Below, in pieces: positions 29,309 through 41,286 of a stretch of 64,000 nt of DNA. Under the pieces are notes generated by a model. That model searched no databases. It saw only the letters and a list, made by a program, of their open reading frames with translations, and had not been told where the DNA came from. Both the position numbers and the translations under genes were made by a program. This DNA comes from Paramecium tetraurelia (Eukaryota), in NCBI GenBank assembly GCA_000165425.1, contig CT868057.1, forward strand, positions 62,001 through 126,000, in the 5' to 3' direction. The stretch's first letter is position 1; each line of letters opens with the position of its first letter.

Positions 29309-32300
29309 ATGAACCCAAAAATGTCAATGGTATTACCGTTGCCGCAACTGAAACCTGAAAACAATGATGAATACGAAAATAGAATTACTTTAAGATTGTA
29401 CATAGAGAAGCTGTTAAATCAAAAAGTTGGGAGGTATGATTGATGTAAAATAGATATCTGGAGATAATTTCAGGTATTGCAAGTTTGGCTAGTGTAGGAA
29501 TATATATAGTTTCAACGTATTTTGATTCAGTGGAGTGGCTAGCTACTTTGGACATTGTGGTTTGTTCTTTATATTTGACTGAGTACTTATTGAAATTGTT
29601 TGCTGCTCAACACAGATTCCAATACATATTTTCTGACTTTGCTATAATTGAGTTGCTGACTTTGTTTCCTCTTTTTACCATTCAATCAGTGGGAAATTGG
29701 AGTTATTTGTAAAGACTAATAAACATATCTCGAATTTTGCGAGTATTTCGAGTAGTGAGAATGATCAACAAACTGCAACAGCTATCGGACATTGAGTATG
29801 GAGGAGTGACTAGATAAATATATGTAATATTTTCAACTGTTACGACAATAATTATTGTAACTGCTGGAGTGTTGTACGCATTCGAATTTCCGAAGAGACA
29901 AGATCTAATAGCGAGTGATCCAAATAAAGGGTGTTCAAATCAGATCGACAAATGCCATTTCCATGAAATGATATACTTCACAATAGTGACACTATCTACA
30001 GTGGGTTATGGTGATGTAATTCCTTATAGTGAAGAAGGAAGAGTGTGTGTTATAGTGCTGATTATTATCGTGCTCGTGGTGATCCCTAAACAGATGAACG
30101 AATTGATTAGACTAATGGGATTGCAGAGTGTTTATGCCAGATCATTTTATAAGCCTAATCACGAGATTCCTCACATAATCATTTGTAGTTATGTGAGTGT
30201 GCCTTCTTTGAAGAATTTCTGCAATGAATTGTTCCATCAAGATCATGGAGGATAGGACAAAAATGCCATCATTTTGAAACCCTCAATACCCAATACAGAA
30301 ATGGAGGACTTCTTGCATAATGAGCGATACGAGATGTTCCTCATTTATTTGTAAGGAAATCCCATGGTAGAGAGAGATTTGAGAAGAGCTGCTGTTACTT
30401 AGGCCAAGGCTTGTGTTATCCTAACCAATAAATAAATTGTTGATAGTCATTCTGCTGATCACAAGAATATTCTCATTGGATTGTTGATAAAGAAATATGT
30501 GAATCATTTGACTGGCTGCAATATTAGATTATGTATGCAATTGATCAAACCAGAGAGTAAGATGCATTACAAACAATCCTTGGGTGTTAAAATGATAACT
30601 GATTAGATCATAGTGGTCGAAGAATTCAAGATGAATTTGCTGGCCAAATCTTGCTTTTGTCCTGGCATTATTAGTTTACTAGGTAATTTAGTTACATCTG
30701 CAGGGGAACAAAAGGAGAGCTTGGATTCCGAATGGTTGACTCAATACACTGACGGAATGGGTCATGAAATATATCGGACTGATTTGAGTTTCAAATTTCA
30801 AGGAAAAACATTTAGTGAAGTAGCAGCCATCGTTTACAATGAATTCTCTGGCATACTCTTTGGATTGGAATTAGACTTTGAAAAGTAACCCATTATCAGA
30901 CTCAACCCTGGAGTGTACATCATAACAAATACAAAAAAAGTTCATGCGTATATTATCTGTCAAGATAAGAAAGTTGCAGATCTAGTTGCCACCTATGACA
31001 TGACCACTGAAGAAATTGCCAATTATCATTTCAACCTCTAACAAAACGCCTCTGACAAAGACAACCTTAATGAAGAGGAGGATAAAACTGAAGATCCCTT
31101 ATTGTCTGGCAAGGATCAACTTGATGAACAAGATATCACAGAGAAAGATTATCTCCTCCTCAATGAACCTGTTTCTTTGATGGATGCAACTTCAATCTTC
31201 CTCTTGGAATAACCTGAGATCAACAATCATATTGTCGTTTGTGGCATCCACCCCTCCATCTATTACTTTTTGCTTCCCTTGCGAGCCAAGTATTTAAAGG
31301 AAATTCAGTATGTCGTCATCTTAGCACCTGAAAAACCTACAGAAATTTGGGAATAAATCAATCGATTCCCAAAAGTCAAATTCGTTCAGGGATCTCCACT
31401 TATCTCTGAGGATTTATAAAGAGCCAGCATCCATTGTGCAGACAAGGCTGTAATATTTGCTCAGAGTTCTGATGCCAACAAAACTGAGAGTGAGGATTTC
31501 TTAGACTAAATGCATGATGCTGAGAGCATCTTCATTTACAAGGCCATTAAAAAGATTAACCCCTCCATTTAGATCATGATTGAATTAGTCTCCAGTTCCA
31601 ACATCTAATTCCTCCTTGACAAAGATTACAAATTCCAAAATGATTTCAAATATGAATTGGTAAGTTGTTTATGCTAATTAGACTCCTCTACAAGCCTCGG
31701 GAGAAGTCTACATTTCTGCCATGATTGACACTCTCACTTGCCAAGCTTATTACAATCCACATATTGTCACCATACTGTAATAAATTCTCACTGGCATGAG
31801 ATCGTCTAATCCTTTAATCCAAACCATCTGCGATGATTTAGACATCAAGGATTCAAATCTCTATCAAGTCCCCGTTCCTGAAGACTATCTAGTAAATCTT
31901 CGTTCCTATTTAGAATAAAACCTTCGGTGAACTCTTCAATTATTTGTCCATCGAGAGACACTTGATTCCTTTGGGTCTTTATAGATTGGCTAAGGCTCTC
32001 GATAATAAGCATCCTTATGTTTATACGAATCCTCCAGCCGAGACCACTCTCACTCCCAGAGACAAGGTCTTTGTTTTAGCTCATTAATTACCTGCAGATT
32101 TGAGTGGAATACCCTTTGACGTTAATTCTGATCCCAAACAACTCAATACTAAAGAGGTCGAAAATAATAAGGCCTTGAACTTTCTCTTAGAAAAGCTGAA
32201 ACAATAAACCTCCTCTTAAAATGGCGTTAATAGGGTAGGTGGGTATTTATAGCATTAAATAATTAGCTAAATAAAAAAATGACAAGACTGTCATATTTTA

Positions 32301-32546
32301 AGGTTAATAAATCAAGTAGACGAGAAATATCGAGTCCGAGAACATGAATCTAAGTAATCAATAATCCTATCATAATAAGATTTGGCATCTCTACATGTAT
32401 TGGACCAAGTGAATGAATAAATTTCTATAGTTAAAGAATAAATTAATGATATTAAAAACAGCTTGCTCTAGAAGGAAGATGAGATAGTGGAAAAGTGTAG
32501 AAGAGCGATCCGCTATGAATTAGGAACAGTAATTTAATAATAGTGA
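29309..32546 (+). CDS. Slo/BK-family K+ channel with RCK domains
   Basis: S4 RILRVFRVVR, selectivity filter STVGYGD (about 29995-30015), RCK motifs HIIIC and HIVVCG, GSPL..EDL.RA, ASGEVY.SAMID. Confidence 0.93.
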
Positions 32547-33124
32547 ATACGTTTTTTATTATATAAATTTATATAATTTATAAAGTATTATGTTGAAATA
32601 TGTAAAATTACCAAATGTAATTATACATATACTAAAAAAAGGAAATTATTAACTATCATTGGATTCATTTACTCATCTTATTGTTTTATGAATTTCTTCA
32701 ATTTGACGTTAATAGATATAATCCAAAACTAATATTGTTTTATTTTTAACCAAACATTTATTAATAATTATAATCGAAAAATACATCTAATTATTCCGAT
32801 GTTTCATCTCTCCTTTTCCTAAAACCTTTACTCTTGTAAGTAGATTATGAGAAGGACAGGTGGTTTATCGATACTTTTTAACCATCCTTTGAGCTCTTAC
32901 GCCATAAATGATGTCTTTATTTTTTTATTCTAAAAATATCAGCATAATGTTATCATTACTAGAAATAGGTTATTTTTAATTTCAGACAAGACCTCAAACA
33001 GTTGGGAAAAAAGTATTTTTCAATTATTTTCTAAATATTTATGTATTAAAGTTTATATTGAGATAAACTGGATTTTATCGTTTTTTAAGGATTGAATTTC
33101 TAAAAATATAACATTAATATTTTT

Positions 33125-35212
33125 ATGAAAAACCAGACCTTGATCTTAGTTTTATTAGTGTGTGCTGCCGTCTAGGTTGTTGGAGAACCGGTTGCCGTTG
33201 CCTAATCCTTTGTAGCAAATGACTTTTCAGATGCAGATGGTATAAAATTAAATATAAATTAAATAGGTTGGACAGTCGCTGGAGCACCAGCTCATGTTAC
33301 AGAATGCAGTGGTGTGAAGATGTTTGGAGGTTTTGGAAAGTTTGGTGCCAGAGCTGTTGCAAGTAAGGTCTTTGAACTTCCACCCCATTCATTAATTAAT
33401 TTAAAACTTTAATTTTGGAAGTATGATACATATAAATTAACATAATAGGATTGATTCTTGGGACAATGAGGAAGCCTATGTTTTCGTCGATGACTAATTA
33501 GCATGGTCAAGAAAGTTCTAATACAATGAAGGTGAGGGCCAAAAATGTGGACAAGGAGGTGACTGGAAGGAAATGATTGTTAATCTTAACTTGAACATCA
33601 AGCACACTGGTCCAACAGCAGTTGTTGTCATCACATCCAACCTGAATGAGGCTGCCGATAATGTAAGATACACTTATAATTATTTTAGGAATCATGGTCT
33701 TTTAGAGACTTTGTATTATCTGTGGAGAAATGCCCAAATGGCTGTGCTGCCTGTTAAGTGGATGATAAAGCAGAGAACTGTAATTTCTGGTAATCATTCA
33801 CTTCCAGTTGGACAGAATTAAATTCTAATAAACTTGGAGCTGATGGCTGGGATGTTACTGGTGGATTGGCTCATTCTACCTAATGTGGACGTAATTATTG
33901 TTAATTATAAATTTAGCCGCTGGAATTTTCGGAGGTTATGATAAAATGATGAGGGGAGCCGTTGTCAGTAAGGTTCATAAGGTCAAACCCCATTACAAGC
34001 TCAAGATCAAGGTTCTATGGGCTAAGATTGACTCTTGGGATAATGAGGCTGCTTAAATCAAAATTGATGGAAAGATAGTTTATGAAAGAAGATTCCAATG
34101 GTACGAGGGTTACTTTGGTAAGATTTGTGGATGCCCAGTGTTTGAGTGGAAATCAATGTTTGTTAGAACAGAAGTAGATGTAGATCATACTGGTGAACAA
34201 GTTAAGGTTGATTTCACTTCAACTCTTGACGAAATCGAAAATGAATCATTTGGTTTGAGAGATTTGTACATCTTCTATGCAGCTTGTGCTGACAACTGTG
34301 CTGAATGTACAGGACCAAAAGATTCTGATTGCAAAAGTATTATAATCCATATTATCAAAATAGAATGTGCCAACAATTGGGCTTTGGTTGGAGGCAAATG
34401 CTAAGCTTTACCAAACTTTGTTCTATTGGAATAATCTTTCTTGGAAGATAAATTCACAGGAATCAATGGTTGGATCCTTACAAACAACAAGGCCGGAAGA
34501 ACAGTGGCTGAATGCAATGGTAAATCAATGGTCGGAGGTTTTGATATTATGGGTATTGGTGCTAATGCCAAGAAAACATTTGAGATCCCACCACACAAGA
34601 GACTTAGATTACAATCAACAATCTATAAGATTGACTCCTGGGATGGAGAATTCATGATTATCAAGGTCGACGGAACAGAAGTATGGAAGACATCTTGGAA
34701 TCTTTAAACTGGAGGTGCCAATATCTGTGGATAAGGTGTTTGGTGGGATGGTTTCACTAACGTTGATGAAATCTTTAATCATCAAGCTCCAAAGGCTGAA
34801 ATCATGTTCACATCCACTTTGGATCAAGATGCCATCGATGGTAATACTACATTTATTAATATTTAGAATCATGGGGTTTCAGAGACTTCAAATTATGGTA
34901 TGAACCAAAGGAAGCATGTGCAATCTTCTACAGTGAATGCGATTTTAAGGGTGCTTCATTTGAATTTTGTTCTAAATCACCAAACTTCTAGAATGACAAC
35001 ATTCCTCCTTAAATTAGATCCATCAAGATTCCACCTTAAGGAAGAGTTACCTTATATGAGAGCACCGATTACAATGGAAAGAAGATCACTTATACCACAG
35101 ACCAAGCTTGCATCCAAAACTTTGACGTACTTTATTTCTACTATAATATTAGTTTTCATTGATTTAAATGAGTGGACACGTCGAAGGTGGATGGATTGAA
35201 GTAGAATAATGA
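33125..35212 (+). CDS. PCM-like protein: three KIDSWD repeats with Cys-rich linkers and C-terminal beta/gamma-crystallin domain
   Basis: Signal peptide; three repeats GW...C.G..FGG...PH...KIDSWD.E...DESWG.RD; C-terminal FYSECDFKGAS...IRSIKIP...TLYESTDYNG. Confidence 0.8.
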
Positions 35213-35363
35213 TCTTAATATATTCATAAGGATCTAATAATAACATAAATTTCAAAATATATATATTTAGCAATATCATTTAATTTGCGACAATAATCCA
35301 AATTATTCAAATAACTTATCGCAATAATAGAATTGGTGGCCAAAAAGTTCTGACAAAAATTAA

Positions 35364-37448
35364 TCAATAGCTTTCATTTGTTTCTTCACTGTTTCATGAT
35401 CCTGCAGAGAAACCCTTAGATTTCTTTCCTATTATATAATTTTAGTAGCCTCCTTTATTTCATCAATTGTTCTTTTGCATTCCGAGACAAAGGATCTTTT
35501 CTCTGTCTGGATTGTAAATCTTAAACTAAAGTAAATTATTCCTGCAAAAGCATCTGATGTTTCAGAACTTAAGCACTCTACCTTAATTTATTTTATCTGT
35601 AGGAAATACTCTTTCTAAGCAGTATTCATAAACTTATTGCTGTTTCTTTAGACTCTCGTTTCTTCTTCGATCTTTTTAACCAGTCCATATTTATTAATGA
35701 TTGATTCAGGAACATTGAAAAACTCTAATATCTCTTTTCTCATAAGGATGGGGTTCTGACTCATACCATCCAACCATTGTTGAATATAAAAGAATTTCTT
35801 TTCAATTTCAGCATCTCCATAAGTTGGTTTAGGTAAATGTCCATTCGCTATTTGGTATAAGTCTTAATATTGACAATTTTCGACCCATTGATCATTCTTA
35901 ACCTTAATGGTAATTGGAATCAGAGTTTTATGCTAGTAATTAATTAGTTTTTTCACAACTTATCTTCCAACTGTGAATTGTACTTTTTCCATCTTCTATT
36001 AAATATAGACTCCACTCTCACTTTCATCTTCGGATAAAGTGGCAGAACTTAGTTCATCCTTGTATCTTTCGTAATCACTTTTCTTATCATCAAATTAGTC
36101 ACTATTTTAGGATCTATTATCATCGTTTTTATCTTAAAATTCTTCAAAACTTTTGATTCTCTTAATCATCCTATTTCTTTTGGCAATAAGACCTTCATCT
36201 TTTTATTTCTTCTTTTTCTGCTACTTTTTCTTATTCAATTCTTATTGAATTTATTAAGGAATCACAATCAGTTTTTCAGGATATTGATTATCTTCAACAT
36301 AAGCAAAATTTTGAGGAGTAGATTGTTCCTTTAATGGACTGTCCGCTCCTAATTTATCGATGCCAACAATTTCAATGACTTATTGCTATTATGCTCGAAT
36401 TTTAGGTTAATTACAATTTGAGGATTGGTAATCATAATATTTGGTTTCTTCCTTATTAATTTTATCATTTTCATCATCAGAGACAATAACTTGTCTTTGT
36501 TCATAATCAAGATCCTATTTAATTTCTCTTTAGGAGAGGGATCTCTTCTCTGAGACTTGACTTCGACGATGCAAGTTGGTTTTAGGTACTTCCTCTTTAA
36601 AAGATGGATGTGAGACATCTTCTGATTGGGAATTCTCCTCCATTATGATTTAGGATGATCTAACCTTCCTTTTGTTAAGTTATTTGGGTGATTCAACAAC
36701 TTCAATTTTTTTATCCCAAATTTCATCATCGTCCTTTGAAAATTTGATATCCATTGGTTGAAGATGTTTGGCATCTGATTTGGTAGATTGTCTGGTTTAA
36801 TTAATTAGGAATTAAGCCACTTAAGATGCTGGATGATGCTATTATTGATGAGTTTGGTGAGTAACTAGTAGTTGATCTTGAAGAGTGGATTCATTCAATT
36901 CGTGCAATTCGATTTCTTCTGAATAAGCATTTGGTTGGAATCTGAACAAGATCAAGTATTACACAATGAAACTATCTTATTATTCGAAGAATTCACAAAA
37001 AGGGTCTATGTTAGGGTATTCTAAAATAATTACTATATTCCAACGGATCATCGCCTCTTTGTCTTTGATAAATCACCAGAAGGGATGACAGCACTAAACT
37101 AAGGAGATCGAATAATTTGAGTATGGGTTCATTGCAGATTAAATTGAATAGACAAATGAAAGGCAGAAAGGTTAAGAGTGATTCACGATGAAAGATAACT
37201 GTGATTCCGAATGAGTAAAATAATCCAATTATTAAGAAGAGACTACATAAAGCAGAGAGTAGATCCTGATGGAAAAGTGCTACAATGAATTCAATTAGTT
37301 GCACAATTGCAATTTAAAGTTGAAATCCAATCTTAACTTTTAAAGCAATGGTTTCTGGTTTATTCCTCACTTATTTGTAACCCTTGATTTTCATTTAAGC
37401 ATAACCAGCATATACAAGAGGGAATAGTCCAATAGCAAATTAATCCAT
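35364..37448 (-). CDS. Multi-pass membrane protein with C-terminal degenerate PX domain(s)
   Basis: About five N-terminal hydrophobic segments, one 28-nt intron, low-complexity linker, then W....QYQDLY...HLPKP...IEKK...IQQWL..NPIL...ILEFF. Confidence 0.6.
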
Positions 37449-37472
37449 ATTAATTAATAAAGTAATATTATA

Positions 37473-37748
37473 TCACTGTGCAAATGTCACCAATTTATCA
37501 GGATGACTAGGTTGCTGTTCTGATTGCGAGATTTCAATTGATTAGCCATCTAGAGTGGCGTTGCTTTCTTTTTTTGTTTGTGTCATTTCAGAATAACGCA
37601 CTCTCTAATGTAATCTCCTATTCTCTCTTTGGATGAGCATGATGATGGCAATTACCAATAGAACAATAATCACAAAAACACCTATAAAGACATATATAGC
37701 TGAGGATTATGTGTGATGATTTTACCTGGTCGTATTGGTTGAGTTCAT
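37473..37748 (-). CDS. Small single-pass membrane protein (91 aa)
   Basis: MNSTNTT (N-glycosylation sequons), then TM YVFIGVFVIIVLLVIAIIMLI, basic stop-transfer, TGA at 37473-37475. Confidence 0.6.
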
Positions 37749-37883
37749 CAATGAATAATAATTTAATTATTTAATCTTATTTTCAAATTATTAATTGTTT
37801 TCATTCTATTCCTTTCCTTAAATGAGACAATCTAATTATAACATTACTAAGTAAATGTTTAATAAAATTATTTCATTTATTTT

Positions 37884-39244
37884 ATGAGCAACAAATCTGT
37901 CACTTAATCTGAAAGAGTAAATGGTGAATCTGCATTTAAAACTTAAATTACTACCAAATACAAACTCACTTTTATCTTTTATGACATAAACATAGAGAAC
38001 AGAAAACTTATAATGTCAGGCTATATTAAGAAGAAATTGCTGGATAGGAGTATCCACTCTCTATACAGTTACAAGAAGTAGAAAAATAATTACCCTACTC
38101 TGAAAGTGATAGTATTCAAGAAACCCTCCTTTGATCCTTTTGATCATACTGATTATATTTAGTTTAAAAAATGAAAAATAATTTTGTCAAAGAATGTAAG
38201 GATAAATTAGATAATTATTTTGAAACAATACCAGATACGAAAGGAGACTTTTAAATATATATCACAGAAAAGATTAGATTTACTTTAAACATAAATGTCC
38301 CTCTTAGATACAAATTGAAATCCGAAATTTACTGAAATGAGACATTATAATTAGATCCTATAAATGAATCAATAATAAATTAAACGTGCCAATGAGAATA
38401 AACAAAATGAAAATAGAATAAGAGAACCGAAGAGAACCGAAGAGAATCGAAGATGAATAAGGTTTTGAAAGAATAAAGTGCTTTTATAAATTTTGAGTGA
38501 TTTGAAAGAATATGGATAATATATTATCCAATAGATATTTCAATTAAGGAATTAGTATTTTCATGATTACATCAAATATCTATAAAGGGAATTATTGAGA
38601 AAAAGGATCTCATCATAAGTAAGGCTATGTAAGTTCCAGAATACTTGAATTCATCTGTTATTAGCAATGCTGGATCTCAAATTCAAACTAAATCTAAACA
38701 TGTCTTTTTCTAGTGCATTCTCAAGCTAACAACTACCCTCTCTTTAAAAAGTATTATAATGAATGAACTCAAATTTTTATATTAATTGCCTTTCCCTTAA
38801 ATTCAGGAGTATGACTTATAACCAGGTGAACAAATCAAGAAGCCATCCACCAATCAGATATAAAAGATTTTGAATCTTTAAAGATTAATCAAATTGAATG
38901 AGAAAATTGTATTCACATTCAGAATAGTCAGTGAACCTTCATTATTACATTTATTTGATTCTAATGGTTGTACATTATTACATTCAGCAGCTCTAAATGA
39001 GAGAAATGGAACTTTTAAGATTTTATTGATAAAACGAATTGATTATAAGAAGACATATAACGAAGGGAGAACTATTTTGGATATAGCAATTAAATAAAAA
39101 AATCAAATATTAATAGATTACATTTATCAAATTAAGAGGAAAGGACTTAAAGAATTGCATTCAAATAATTAAATCATTCTCAATCGAATATCATAAAATT
39201 TAAAAATAATATATTTGTAAGTAGAACCATTAGAATCTACTTGA
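37884..39244 (+). pseudogene. Degenerate ankyrin-repeat gene
   Basis: Ankyrin motifs DSNGCTLLHSAAL and EGRTILDIAI in the 3' frame; the 5' part has several in-frame TGA and frameshifts not explained by GT..AG introns. Confidence 0.5.
38421..38450. repeat. Three-copy 10-bp tandem repeat
   Basis: agagaaccga agagaaccga agagaatcga. Confidence 0.85.
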
Positions 39245-39417
39245 ATATTTCAACAATTTTAGTAGGCTTTAAACTACTTAATAATTTAATTTAAAAGGAG
39301 CAGCAGTTAAGTTGATCAGTATTTTTCGATGGTAGATCGGAAAAGTTATATCAATTAATTTAAGCCTATAAAAATCGTTACAGATTTTATTTATAATTAT
39401 TTAATTTTATAATTTTT

Positions 39418-41265
39418 TCAATCAGAGACTATAAACTACTCATATTCTTCGATTAACTAATGAACATAGTTCAAAATTTTGTATTCTTCTAAAGCAATTT
39501 TGAAACATTAGGCAAAGTCATAGTACTGTAAGGAGGTGATTTTGAATCTTTTGTGGATGATTTACAAGTCTTGTTTCTTGAAAAACCTAACTCCATAGAG
39601 AAGTAGATTTAATTTGCAAAGGATGCTTTGACTCATTTCTGCTTCTTCAGTTTCATAGATTTTATTTAAGTGTCGTTAAACAAATTCATATTCCAAAATG
39701 GAGACTAATTTTGGAATCAGATAGTCTTGACCTAAACTTAAAATTTGTTGTTCTCTTGTTTCCCCTAAGATTATTGGTTTGATCTCATCCCAGTCTTCTA
39801 TGAAATCTTATAATACTAAACTATCATCAGTCAAATTTCTTACAGATTCAACTGCCTTTTATTTGAACTTATCAAAAACCTTTTCATTAATGATAGCTTT
39901 CTTTTAATGAATTAAGTGTAAGTCTTCCCTTGTGATAGCCTTGATGTTGTAACGAAAAAAGTAGTGAAATATATTACAGCAATGTGCAACAAAACGTTAT
40001 CTGCCTCTACGATGAATCAATTCAGATAACATTGCATCTTATGCACAACTATTTACAAAGGTTTCAATAAATAAATTAAATCCCAACTAATTAATATAAT
40101 ATTGGAGATCATTTTTATTTATGATTGCATATTTATAAATGTCCATTCTTCTTAGGAGTTACCTGATATTCTTCCACGGTATACCAGTTTTCTGTAAGGT
40201 TAATGATAGGTAGTATTTGAAATTAGTAAGTTATACATTTGTCAAGCCATATTTTACATGCCTTTCTCTAAGTACTTCACATGAATAATTTGGAGAATCC
40301 AGATGATAAATTAATTGAAAGAAGAGTCTAGCAAATTTCAACTCTTAAGTGGGCACATCAATATTTTCAAAATACGGAGCTAATGTGACATCTGATAATA
40401 TCTTTTTGTACATTGATTTTGTGATAGCTTTGATGCCATCTTCACCTCCGTAAATCTCGAATTCTAATACTTCATTAAGGATATAAGGTCGAATATTTTC
40501 AATACGTTCGCAGCAATGGAACATCTTTTCAGTTGAGATATTTAAAAGCATGTACTTATTTAAAAAATGGTATTTGAACTTGAAAAAGTGAGCATTAGTT
40601 AACTGCATGCCTTAATGAATTACTCTTAAACGAGTCAAGTCTAAAAACATTTCCTGATCATATGCAGTTGCTAAAAGATTTCGAAATACTTATTTGACTC
40701 CAGGATAGTTTTTATTTGGAAACTTTACACTTAAGATATTATCTCTTCTTGTGATATCTAAATATATTTGATCCACTTCATAATTCAATAATTCATCTGT
40801 TCCTTATGGTTTCGGAGCGACTTTTCTCTTTCGAGATAATTCCATCAAATATCCTTAAATAAGTTAATCTTATGATTTCAGTGGGACCAATTATTATTAA
40901 CTATGAAACCTTGATGATTTTTGAATAACACTATTGAATAATTCAGAATTTCTAATTAAACATGAATTCTTTTCCTTTTATCTCCATCTATTCTTACGAA
41001 ACAACACTAGACCTGACATATTGTTTTTTTCACTCTCCAAGGTTTTGAATCGCAAACTCAGTGGAGGATCAATGTGAGTCACTTTAGAATTAGTGATGGC
41101 GTAACTAAAATTTTATTCAATTTAAATTGAATTCCCTTGTGGTTGATATTTGGTTAATAGAAACATAGGATTCAGTTTTGTTGACTTTTTTTTTTCTGGC
41201 AACTTTTTTCTGATAGCATACGTTTCCAAGAAATCTTTAAATGATTTCTGAGTGTCTGATATCAT
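39418..41265 (-). CDS. Four-domain truncated (2/2) haemoglobin-like protein, paralogue A (615 aa, apparently intronless)
   Basis: Domain 2 FEIYGGEDGIKAITKSMYKKILSDVTLAPYFENIDVPTQ...LRERHVKYGLTN matches the group I TrHb pattern; His recurs at codons 40617, 40260, 39909 and 39555. Confidence 0.85.
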
Positions 41266-41286
41266 AAAAAAAAATAAAAATATAAA

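Noticed and set aside
32690..33010. GC-richer intergenic patch with small hairpins (possible ncRNA such as telomerase RNA)
   Set aside because: No telomeric template or box motifs recognised; could equally be a minus-strand coding relic
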